Positions 37,682 to 49,800 of a stretch of 64,000 nucleotides of DNA are shown here, in pieces; within the stretch, counting starts at the first letter, position 1, and every line of letters begins with the position of its first letter. The notes beneath the pieces are model-generated. The model searched no databases and was not told the DNA's origin. It saw nothing but the letters and a program-made list of their open reading frames with translations. The stretch covers positions 18,537 to 82,536 of the forward strand of contig CDMY01000416.1 of the NCBI GenBank assembly GCA_001179505.1. The letters are read 5' to 3'. The position numbers and the translations under genes are program-made. The stretch comes from Vitrella brassicaformis CCMP3155. Lineage: Eukaryota; Protista; Chromerida.

Positions 37682-39212
37682 ATGAAGAGGACGCGCCCGT
37701 CTGAAGGATGCGTCGCCATGGCGGAGGACGCCTTGGCTTCTCCCCCGCCCTCTGTGGACTACGTGCGTCGGCTGCCGGTGTCGGTGTGGCAGGATTTGGT
37801 AATCCCTCTCTGCCCTGTCGACGCCTGCGGGCGGCTCAAGATCACCGGGCCGTATGTGGAGCTGCACTTCAGCGAGAAGGCCCTCCTGAAGCGATTCGAT
37901 ATAGCAAGGAAGCGCAACCAGCTGGAGGGTGAGGGTGGCCCACTGCCGCACCGCAGTCGACTCGTAGGGGGCTGTGCTATATGTGTGTTGGTGGCATGTG
38001 TTTCTGTGTGTGCAGGCCTCATTGCTCTGGACCCCAGCATTGACGCCGGTAGCCGATATGACATCCTCCTGCGCATCACATATGCACTAGAGTGGGCGAG
38101 CAAACACACCACCTGTCAATCAGCCACAAACACGTGTGACCTGTATTGTATTGTGCGTCTGCCTGCGCCACATTAATAGGTGTGGTGACTGGCGCATGTG
38201 GCCGTCGTTCCTCCGTCTGGCGACGTGCAACGGCCACCTGCCGCAGGATCGCATCGGTGCCGGTCGGCCGCTCATTTTGACGGCCGACAAGGTGCGGGAG
38301 GCCATCCCCACCAGGGCGGCATTCACAAGCACCATGCCACAGCGACTGGCCCAGTTTGGGCTCTTCAGCGTCTTCATGACCAGGGGGTCGCGTAGATTGC
38401 CCCGAGAGGTGCGGCCGTCGGTGTATGCCGAGGTCATGGGTTTCGAGCTGACGGTGTATGCCGAGGACGAGCTGTACCACCCCTATGGGGACACTGTGCA
38501 TCCCTACCAACACACATACTCAGACGAAGGTAGCGAACACACACACACACACACACACATGGGCACAGGCATCTGTCTGTCTGTCTGTCTGTCTGTGTGT
38601 GCTACATAGATCCTGTGTGTCGGCGAGGCGAGTACATGTTCCCGTCGTGTATGGCCTTCCTCACCTGGGCAGCAGTGAGCTACCGGTACTGCTTCATTGG
38701 CAACCCGAGCAAAGCCATCGCCACACGACGGGAGGAGCCAGGCTGCCGCAAGAGCCACACTTTCCGCCACCTCAGCCGCCTCGCAAACCCTGCAAAGGTC
38801 GCTCAGTGGACGACCATCGAGTTTCTGGCGGTATGTTGGAATAAGCCAGCCCAGCTACACACAATCACGGTCACTGCTGGCTGCATATGGCTTTTGTCTG
38901 CGTGTCTGTCTATGTGCGTCTTTGTCTGTCTGTCTGTGTGTCTGTGTGTCCACTCCACAGGATTACTTCCACGTGTGTGACGACCGTCGGTACAACCGTG
39001 TCTACGTGCTCGAGGGCCACCGGCCGGGCGAGACGATGGCCGTCACCATGCACCTTGGCGGCAACGACCACATGGCCGCCATCGTCTCGACCGAGCCAAA
39101 AGCCGAGGACCACAATCAGTGGTGGGCGGCCTACCCCCGATCGGCCGCCGCCGCCAACGCCCTCACCCACGACCTCTGCGAGCCCCCAATGGACGCCAAC
39201 CGGTTCTTCTAG
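37682..39212 (+). CDS. Lineage-family hypothetical protein with F-box-like N-terminus (about 5 exons)
   Basis: MKRTRPSEG...VRRLPVSVWQDLVIPLCPVD (LPxxxW F-box-like). Exons continue through LLRITYALE, WPSFLRLA, GFELTV, DPVCRRGEYMFPS and ...WWAAYPRSAAAANALTHDLCEPPMDANRFF*. Confidence 0.6.
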
Positions 39213-40845
39213 CCGCTTCAGGAGCCGAGCCGCCAGACAGACAGACAGACAGACAGACAGACAGGGACGTGAGCTGAGCTTTTGGAGCTCACCTCGTTCC
39301 AGATAGCTGAGCGAAGAAGAGGGAGGGACAGACGACAGACTGTTCGTTCATGGCGGGATGATGTGTGTGCAGTGTGCAGTATGTGCCTGTTGGTTCGTGT
39401 GTGTGCGTGGGCGTGTGTATGGCTGAGACGTTTGATTGTCCGAAATGAACACATGAATGTTTTGAGTCCGCCCGCCCGTACACACCTAGCATTCATCCGC
39501 ACCATACAAAGAAGACCTCTAGTCATCAGCCAGGCAGGCAGGCAGGCAGCCGGTCGCTGGAGGCCAAATTGACGTACACACATATCGCCTCACCGGCCGT
39601 CTAATGGATCCACCAATGCGTCTTGGGGGGAGGGGCTCTCTCTACGACGTCGACAGACATACACCATCCATCCATCCCTCCCTCACTCACTCATTCATCG
39701 ACCGCACAAAGCACACGCAGTACCGACACGCACCTTAAAATACACACACACACACACACACGATCCATGCCTATATCCATCCATCCATCCACTGCTGGCA
39801 AAAGAAAAGGGGTTTCTACCATTGATGGCATCAATCAAACTGCTCCTCGTCCATTTGGCCCGAGTAGTACACACACAAATGAGAGCAAAATGTGCCCACA
39901 ACAAACAGACGGCGACAGCGATCAACGAGTGATTGATTAAAAGTCATGCTGTTCAGCCAAATTCAACGCAGCCATCACAACACAGACACACACACAGATG
40001 CATCCCGACCATCAGGGCAGCGATCGGCACACTGGGTGAGGCCCGGTGTGTGGGTAGTGAAGGCGCGGGGCAGGCTGCTGGGAGACGGGTAAGAAGGAGC
40101 CGGGCTGCCAGTGATGCTGCTGCTGCTGCTGCTGGCCCGCGGGCGGGGTCGGCGTGTGTGTGGGTGGCGTTGGTGAGACGTATGGAAAGGGGTACGAATA
40201 GGAGACAGGCAGAGAAATGGGCGCCTGCAAGGAAACATGGATCAACAGATACAGCCTGTGTCAGTGGTCTGCGTGCACCATGTGTGTGTGTGTGTGTGTG
40301 TTCGTTCTCGTTCACCGCTGGGACAGGCATGATGTGAAAGAAAGGCGCGTGAGTGGGCTGCACGGCGACGCGATATGAGGGTGGTGACGGCTGCAGGCAG
40401 ACACACAACCCACACAGAGGGAATGGACAGACAATGCGGCTCACGACTTACCACAGACAGACCGATGATTGAGGACGGTTGCCCATACGGCTGGGCGACA
40501 CGGAGAGGGGTGGCTTGCTGCACGGGGCAGTGCAGCAACAAAAGGAAAAATGCCAGCAGCATCCATCCATCCATCCATGGATGCATCCAAGCATACATAT
40601 ACCCATACATACCTGATGGCGTTGAAACATGACCATCTGACTACGCCCAGGCGCCTGCACACACATACAACGGCGCAGGGAGGTGGGGGAGGCGTGGGTA
40701 TGAAGGTGCGTGTGCTCTTGCCACCTGAGTGGTGGGTGGCACTTGCGGCGGTTGAGCACCGACACCAGCGCGACCAACGGCCTGATTCATGCGAAGAACA
40801 GCATTCACATACGTGTGTGACGCTGTGTTGCGTATGTATGGTGCT

Positions 40846-42902
40846 TCATCCGACCTCTGCCTCACGCCCATCTCCTCCCTCATCCAGCATCTCAGGTGCC
40901 GTCTGCTGCCTGGGAGGCACCATCTCCCGGGCGGAGGATGACTGGTGGCTTGGCGCCTTGGGGACGGCCATGATGGTGTCCTGAAAATATACATTGATAG
41001 AATGAAGTCGATCGGCGACCTGATCGTTCGTTTGTACGTGTTACCTGTCCTCTGAGCTCTGCAGGGGGTTCGGGATGCTGAGAGAGGGGGGGTGAAACCC
41101 TGCAGAACACACAACACATCCATCCATCCATCCATACGGCGGCCTTAGTGTTTTCACTCACCCTCCAGCTCCTCGTAGCCATGGGTGTCCAAGTGCCCGT
41201 CGAGCAGTGCATCGCTGAGCGGGGTCCAGCCGCAGCAACGGCAACAGGAAGGCCGCGAACGCGTCAGCACTCTCCTCATCCATCCCTCTTTCCCGCTGCA
41301 GCTCCCCCCTGACAGAACGGCACATCGACGGCACTCGCCCCTTCTTGGCGCAGAGGTGGTAGATGTGGCCAGCCAAAACGTCACAGCCGCCTTCATTGTC
41401 GACCTCGGCCTGCTTCAGGAAGGGTTCCTTCACGAGGTCTCTCGAGTAGCGGGAGGCGGCTGACACGGAGTCGCGGGGGCAGACTACCTCATCGACTTGC
41501 ACCAGCTGCTCTGCATCGCAGCCCCAGCAGAAGGCGAGAGAGGAGGGGTCGGTGCGGCGAGGGCAGATCTCGGGTGTGCTGCACTTGGCGACGTCAATGA
41601 GGTGAGTCCCCGCTGCGAGACGGTAGAGCAGACATCCAGCCGCGAAGATGTCAACCGCAGAGGTGCAGTGGTGGCCCAGAACCATCTGCAACACAGAGAA
41701 CGCAACAGTTCAACACTTACATTTTGTGCTTCGCTTGACCCATCCCTTACCCACCTCGGGGGCGTGATACTGGCGAGTCGTGGGGTCCCTCTCGATGCCA
41801 CTGTTGTGCTCCCACAGTGCCGTGCTGAGGTCGACTATCTTGAAGTCCACGCCCTCATTGTCTGCGTCGATAGTGTCACCAAGCGGCAGGACGCTGGGTG
41901 GCAGCCTGACGGACGTACCGCCCCCAGTCTCGTCCCCTCTCTCTTGCCTGTGGTCGGCCACCCAATGCCTCACTCGTTTCTCCCGCTCCCTCTGTCTCGC
42001 CTCCACGTCCATCTTGACCCTCTCCTCGTCTGTGGCGCCATCTCTCTTCGTGCGATAGAGGGCGGTCTTCTCTGTGCTGATGGCTTCGTCTGTCTGCTTG
42101 TGGCTGCTGAGGAGGGAGGGGTCGCTGTGCGATGGGTACAGCTCGCCCGCTGGGAGGGAAGGAGACGTGTGGCTGGGGTGGGCTGGTGAAGGTGTGCAGG
42201 GATGCGGGCCGCTTGGCGAGGGGATGGTCGCTGCGACCTTCGCCGGCTTCAGATTGCCGCGGAAGACCCCGCAATGGCGATGGAGGTAGTCGAGTCCCAA
42301 CAAGACGTGCGTGGCGACCTTACGGACGATGGGGAGTGGCACGCCTGCAGACGAGAAGAAGACATATAAGCAATTCGATTGATCCTGTGCATTGCATCCC
42401 GCCCTCCCCGACCATGAGGATGCTGCTTGACCAGCTGACGAAGGTCATGCCCGAGGGGCTCCAGCACCAGGCACATGTGCCACAGCACCCCTCTCGCCTC
42501 CTCACGGCCATTTGGGTTGGTGAAGTGTCGGTCGAGCAGGACGATGGACGTGGGGCGGGGGCGGTGCGGACGGACTGAAGGGAGAGGGAGGTCCGGCAGC
42601 TCACGTTGCAGCTTGTCGAAACTCAACACCCACTCCCTGTCGGCCTTTGTGTTTGTGACCTTGAGGAAGGTGGCCTCTCTGTTGGCTTTCCCCTCCTTGA
42701 TGCTCATGGCCGCCTTGATGGCCACGAGGCGAGGGCCATCGGTCGCCCGCTCATCCACCGCAAACCACAGCGTTGCTGCATCGCTGAAGCCCGCCTTCTG
42801 CAGAATGCGGTATCGACCGTTGTCCAGAAGCGAGCCGACACTGATGTCCATGTAGCCTCCAGCAACATGGTGCTCTGACGGCTCGGTGTCTGATTCTTCC
42901 AT
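40846..42902 (-). CDS. SRPK-like (CMGC) kinase, predicted pseudokinase
   Basis: HHVAGGYMDISVGSLLDNGRYRILQKAG...LVAIK...HMCLVLEPLGHDL...LPIVRKVATHVLLGLDYLHRHCG...FKIVDLS...TRQYHAPE|MVLG...VDIFAAGC...AFLLPLLRLDPAQRCTARRALGHPWL. It has the SRPK-type spacer insert. The catalytic loop reads FRGNLKPAK. Confidence 0.85.
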
Positions 42903-43487
42903 CTCCCAATCAACCGCTCGAATAGCCTGAACGAGTCACAGATGGCATCGCACACGTGCTCAAGGTTTTCGCCTACCTACCTGTTCGGTCACTTCTCCTT
43001 CGGCGAGAACAGGCAGTCGTGAGGCTCCACTCATCGTCAAAGTGATTCAGGAACAGACTCAGGGAAGGAGAGGCATCAACGGCAGAGTTGGATGGTTTGT
43101 TTCATCGTCTTGCCGCAAATCACCTCTCAAAAAGACGCACTGAGCCCCCGGAGCATGACGGCGGCCACGTTGCTCCCAGTGGGAGGAACCACTTCGACGA
43201 GCAGTTTCACAGAATGTCCCTATATGATCACAGGTACCAATCAGCACATGCAGGCCCTGGGCTGCCCCTATCTCCATCTCCAGTCCTTGAGTGCGTCGAC
43301 GATATATGAGCGATTTGCTGAGCGCCTTAGTCTTTCTTTTCCTCCCCTATCCCCCTCATACTCCTCATCCTTCTCGCCTGCGCCGCGGCCGCAGGCAAAA
43401 TCGACACGCGCCGGTCTCATCCTTCGCTGAGACTGCAAGCTGGGGGCAAGGGGGCCTTGGAGTCCCGATCAGACAGTCCTGCGCCCC

Positions 43488-43767
43488 ACTGGCTGCCCAT
43501 GTGCCACAAAAAGGCTTACGGTGGAGGCTTCGAATTCGAGATCGGCGAGAATTGGAGACGGGAGGAGAAATAAATCGAGACCAGCAAGTTTGTCCCACTT
43601 TTTCACAGTTTCCGTCCACGGTCGGCTCGTCAACCTTCTTTCGACCACAGATCCCCCGCCTCTTATTCTTTTCACCGGCTTTTTGGCTGGTGCGGTCCGC
43701 CGCATCGCCTCCCGCCCCTCCCAACTCGTCCGGATGAAAACTGCCCCTTCCTTCCTCTACCGCCGTG
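43488..43767 (-). repeat. Right (inverted) copy of the 33919-34190 element
   Basis: The reverse complement matches the left copy along its length, with scattered substitutions and small indels. Confidence 0.9.
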
Positions 43768-46700
43768 TGTTATGGTGTGCTTGTGATAGCCACTTGGGGG
43801 TGGTGCGCCTGCAGTCAGAGAGACATTGGTGTGAGGCCAGGACCCTCATATGCAAGCAGCGTGCATTGGTGCTCCTGTTGGCCCACCCATGGCGAGTCTC
43901 TGGCAGCGCCGTGAGGAAGGCCTTTGCATTGGCCTCGAGAGCATTGCAAATGCCGCCTCTTCTTGTCGTTCTCGCCGGCTTGACACTGTCAGCCATGGCT
44001 GCAAGACGCACACACACATCAAGGAGAACGGGAGGCTGCATGCAGACGTGCATGAGCCGATGTGGAGCTTGCAATGGCGCACATACCGGTCCACCCGTGT
44101 CCTTGACGCACCCACTCACAGGAAGAGTGCCCACTCTCGTGGCATCCAGCAGGCTGCTCGGGAGGACGGGGAAAGCGAGCTGCTGGGCGGCTGCCGCTCT
44201 CCTGCCAGCAAGGATATACAGCAAGAGCGTCCATCTGTCTCTGGCGATGCCCTTGTGCGGTCTTGTTGGCGTGCCGATGGCTGTCGCACTGGCAAGGATA
44301 CGGACCGGATCGCGTGTGGCGTCGCTGCAGTGGCGAGAGACTGCTGATGCTGACGCTGCCGCTGCCGCATTGTCCGAAGGAGGAGTGTCGAGAAGTGCAA
44401 AGACTGGGGGCTCGGTGGAGGGGTTAGCGTGCCTCATCCTAGCCGAGATTTTGTAGATCATAGATTGCATAATTAGCCGGATTCCGTCCATCCATTTCGT
44501 GCGCATTCGTCGGCTTTGCGTGGACCTTCTGACTTCGTTCGATTTCCTTCAAAGCTGTGTTGGTTTTGTCGGCATCGATGAGGACCTGCTCGCTGGCTGG
44601 CGCCTGGAGGCTCTCCCCGTCACCACGAACCTGACACCCATACGGTAACACACATGACAGATCCAACCACCACCAAGGCAGGCACGTGAGGCTAAGGCAG
44701 CAAGCCAGATCTGAGGTATGAAGCGCCGTCGGTAGCCGTCGGTGACCGAGATGGACCATCTCGTGGTGGACACGTGATGGCGGAGGCCGGAAGGCACCGT
44801 CGGCGTGGTGGTAATGAAGGATCTGGCTTGGTCTGGGCGCGAGGCGTCGTGCTGGGGTAGTTCTCTGGCTGAGGTGGTCGGTCAGCGTTGGAGGAGGTAG
44901 TTCCTCCTTCGATGGCTGTGTGCGGGTCGTGTTTGTGTGGTGTTCAGGCTAGTGGTCGATGACGGAGAGGGCGCTGGAGGGCCGTGAGAGGTCAGCCGAC
45001 AGCACGGAGTGCTTTCTCTGTCAGATCTTTGAGTCCCAGCCACGTTTGTGAGGCGTTCTGGAGGAGATCTTGGTCATGGTGCGTGGAGCACATGTCGGGA
45101 TGATGGATCTGAGCATCGTGGTGCCTGGTGCACACGATGGCGGCGGAGATCTTGGCGTCTCATGGTGCCGTGGGCACATGTTCGCCGTGTGCATTCCTGA
45201 CCCGACTGCGCCGTGGGCGAGTGGGTTATCTCTCTTCTTTTATCATCTGCTGATGGCTAGATTGGTCATCGATGGTGGTGCGCGTTGCGACTACTGACGG
45301 ATGGGATACATGGTGTGGACGACAGACTTGTGTCCATATAAATATGTGTATCTGAAGGCGCAGCCCTTCATTGATTGGTCCTCGCATGGATCCATGCACA
45401 GTGTATGTCATCATGCACACAACACCCACACGGACACACACAGGCCGAAAGGCCAGGCTTGGCACCCCTGGCTGGCCACACGAGCGCATGCGTTCCTCAG
45501 CTGACCCCGCTGGGGCTCGAACACACTCAAATTCTACCACTAGACACCCTGACTGGCTACAGATGCTCGGATGGACACATCGATGCATTGAGAGACACTC
45601 AGATCGGATCAGACAGACACGCACTGTATGTGGTGTGCTGTTGGCTTATCATATGGGGTCTTTGGCCATCACAGCCGCACCGCTACAGAGCTGGAAAACC
45701 AGTTTTGCACTTGTTTCCTCCTCGTGGTGTGGGTGGGCAGAAAGATACCCACCGACATTTCTTTTTCTCAGGGCGGCTATCATGGGTGCACAGGTACGGC
45801 GATGTCCTCAGCGGACAGGATTGGCCAGCATATGGCCGTTATGTTTACGTGTACAGTGTACCAGCTGCATGCACTGTGTCTGTGACGTGTGGGACTCGAC
45901 TCGTGGCCTCTGTGTATGTGGCTCAGGTACGCTTCTCTGCATGCATTGTGGTCTGTGACGTGTGGGACCTGATAGATGTGACGGATATTCTCCAGATCTT
46001 CACTCACATCGTCTGTCACACCGTGTAACGGATGCATGCAGATATCCAGCCCCACTGCAATGAGCATGGCCAACATCATACCAATCGCCAACAAAACCAA
46101 GCGTGGATACGATGGGCTAAAACCAAAAGGCCAAACACAATGCCACAGCGTCATGTAGGCGCGATACGGCACACACACGCATCTACACGCATAGCTTGTC
46201 TGTCCCCCATTATATCAAATTTTCCCAGTCCGCGGCTGTGTGGGTTGGCTGCGAGTCAGTGTGCGTCAGGTACCGCACAAGCGTGGGTGAGAAGGTCTGT
46301 GTGACTTCTTCTGGGTCTAGATCTTGTGGCGTTCGCGTTCCGTCTTTCAGCTTGTCAGGCCTCCAAAAGGCAGAGACGGGCCGGCGGCCAGCGTGAACTG
46401 TGCGCCACCTCGGCTGCCGATAGTCGGCGAGCGTGTCGAGCTGCCGTGTCGGAGCAGATCCAGCGCTCAGAGAAGAGGATCAGCTCAAGGTCCGCTAAGG
46501 GTAGTCTTTTGGCTTCTTTCATCGGAGGCTTTCATGATGTTATATATGAATGATTCACCGAATGTGGTGAAGGACACAAAGCCGGTTCTCCCTTCTTTCC
46601 GGGTGTTTGATTGATGGCTGGCTCATCAGAGCCTTGGAGAGAGGCTGCTAAGATGGGACGGCTTAAGCCGTCCGAATGACATTGCGGTGTTTCCTGGTGC

Positions 46701-46862
46701 AACACGAAAATGCCAATCCCAAAACTGTTCAATCGTCACATCTCGCCAGGCGGACGGGCCCAAAAGAAAGTCCTTTTGTGCTTCTCAAATGTCTTGTTGG
46801 CTTGCATGTTCAGTTGATTGCATCGCCTGGATCAGCCCAGAGCCACGAGTCCGGCAGTACCG

Positions 46863-49800
46863 ACTTGGTACCATCATTGAAGTGCACGACCACATCCACG
46901 AGGTCCTCAACGTGAGCAGGGCTCTTCACAGCGGGAACCACACCCTCGATACGTGTGTCCTGCGCAGACAGGCACCAAGTCACAACGTACGTAAGTCCTT
47001 ATTGTGCTTACGCTTTGAGAGGTGATGCTACACTCGACCCCATCGATGACAAATTTGGTGGCCTTGCGGTGCTTCGGAGGCTTCGTCTCGCCTTGGCCGT
47101 TCAAATTGTAGCCACCTGCATACACAGATGCCATCCGTAACATGAAGGTAGTGCGTGCATCCTCACTTACCGATGACGACCTTTTGTGCGAATCGATAGT
47201 TGCCCCTCCAGGGTGTGATGTCTAAGCGACCGAGCAACAAGCGCACGGACATGCATGAGCGTTGGAGCAAGCCATCTTTAAATGGCATCTTCATTCACCG
47301 AATGCCGTGGGTCCGGGGTTAGACTTGGCGTCCTCGTCGTCGGCCGTGATGTGCTTGAGATTATTGTACGTGTAATCCAACGTCAAGATGCTGCACCCTG
47401 GGCCGTACACCACCTGCAAACCATGCGTATCGTGTCCGTGTGTCTCTCTGTGCGTCGTGCGTACCTCCAGTCCGCCAACTTCAGCTCCCTCGAGTTTTGA
47501 AATCGTAACGTCCTCTCCCTCCTCCTCGTCCAGGTAGGGAATGTCAACCCGCCAGATCCAGCCGTTCCACTTGGCGCCCAGCAAGTCACCACGCATCGCG
47601 CCGGCAAAGCAATTGCCTGTAAAGATTGCATGCAGAGGATAATGCAGTGCCGATCTGTTCTGTAACCCTGAACTCCGCGNNNNNNNNNNNNNNNNNNNNN
47701 NNNNNNNNNNNNNNNNNNNNNNNNNNNNNNNNNNNNNNNNNNNNNNNNNNNNNNNNNNNNNNNNNNNNNNNNNNNNNNNNNNNNNNNNNNNNNNNNNNNN
47801 NNNNNNNNNNNNNNNNNNNNNNNNNNNNNNNNNNNNNNNNNNNNNNNNNNNNNNNNNNNNNNNNNNNNNNNNNNNNNNNNNNNNNNNNNNNNNNNNNNNN
47901 NNNNNNNNNNNNNNNNNNNNNNNNNNNNNNNNNNNNNNNNNNNNNNNNNNNNNNNNNNNNNNNNNNNNNNNNNNNNNNNTCCCCCTTCCAAAACGGATTC
48001 ATGCCTGATGACACGTAAATGCCACGCCATACACATGAAATCTCTCCGCCCGGGTCGCCCCGTCCAAAGCCTCGCCTCTGTCCGGACTCGCAAAGCTCGA
48101 CTTATCCCAGCCGTCGAACGTACAGCCTGACTCCGGCGGCCCGTTGATGGCGAGGCCGTAGCCCTCGTTCCAGCCATTAGCAGATGCCCAAAGCTGCCCT
48201 TTTGTCGTATAGACCGTGTCGTAGGCGTTCCGGAACCCAAATGAATAGGGATACACGCCAGTGACCCACGGGGCCACATCGTACATATCGGCAACCAACT
48301 GTAAAGATGTCACAATACGAACTGGGATTGCCACGCGAATTTGTCGGATTCCACTGACTTGGTTGGGGTTCCCGATGCGCTCTCTTGTGAAATAGTCAAC
48401 CCATTCCAGCGTTCTGGAGCGCTTTGGATTCCTCAACTCCACCTTGATGAGGGCACCTGAGTAGTGGCTCTCTGGCAAACCGCCAAGGATGCATGCGGGC
48501 CAGCCCTGGAAGAGCACGGATGCACATGACGGATGACAGTCCGAAAGGGATGGCCAGCGGTGTGAGTGTAGCGCATGTCCGTACTATATTGGTCATGGCA
48601 CCAATTGGGAGGTAAAGGTTGCCGCTGTTGTCGAAGGAGATGCCGTTCAGGCCGTGGTCGTGGTTGGACATGGGCAAGCCGTCAACCACCACTTCATGAT
48701 GCTTAAAGTTGGGTGGACCTGGGGCACCATCACCACGCAGTGATCTGGGCATCCGTGTCTGCATGTGTGCCTACACTGACCCTTCAGTTTACTCAACACA
48801 CCGATGAACTCGGCGGTGTTGTTCTCTGGGTTGAAGCAGTCTCCTCCCTGCTAGAAAAAGGAAATCCACGTGTGCACCTGGCCGGGTCCCTATTTCATCG
48901 TTTTGTACCCACTGGAACATGGGAGCATGCGCCACGAACATCTCTGGATCGTCAGGGTCGCCAAAGGGGTCAACTGAGACAGGCAGGGGACAGGAGAGCG
49001 CAACATGGCTTCATATATTAGCCCTTGGGTTAGCCTGACATCCGAAGCCAGTGATGGAGTGGCCAGGGTATTTTTCCTGAAGAAGCCACAGTTGGTTGAC
49101 ATCTGTTCAAAGGCATTTTTCCACTCACGGACCATGATGGTGGTGATTTCGATCAGGTTTTCCTCGTCGATGTCGTCGTTCGAGATCCACTCAAGCGCCC
49201 GGATGCCGCCGCCGATATCGCTCATGTATAGGCGACAATCAGGGCCCCACTCGCCCTGGGTCAGCGAGCCTGACAACACACGCAGATAGAGAGGGAGGCA
49301 TACAATGTAATTTCGGCATGTCTTCTAGAAAGTGTACCGTTGAACTTGCGACCCCGCTTGCGTTTCAGGGGTGCTTCACTATCGAAGGTAAGTAAGATGG
49401 TCTGATTGGTCCACTTAAGAGCGGGGGGCACACGACTAGAATACTCGAAACGCTTCTTGTTCGATACACCATAAGGGGTCTTGACGGACACAGAAAGCTC
49501 GCCCTCCTCCTGTTATCCGACGCACACGCGAAGACGACACACAGGTCTAAGCCAGTCTTTGCACGCTCACCCCTGGCGGAATCTCGTATACGATCTCTGT
49601 GCCAGAAGCTTTGAGGACCCGAGTGTCCGTGAGGTAGTCGACAGGTGTCTTGCCAAAGAGGAGGGAGGCACCCCTCTTGACCGCATCGGGATTCATAAAG
49701 CCGGCACCCTCGACAGTTATCTTTTGGCCGCCGGAGACGTGCCCTTTAGTGGGGGAGATGCGGTTGATGAACGGAGGGTATTCCTGCTGGCTGTGAGACA

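Noticed and set aside
43757-44760. 249-aa and 106-aa minus-strand ORFs
   Set aside because: No recognisable motif or clear splice model; they cannot be distinguished from GC-rich chance ORFs.
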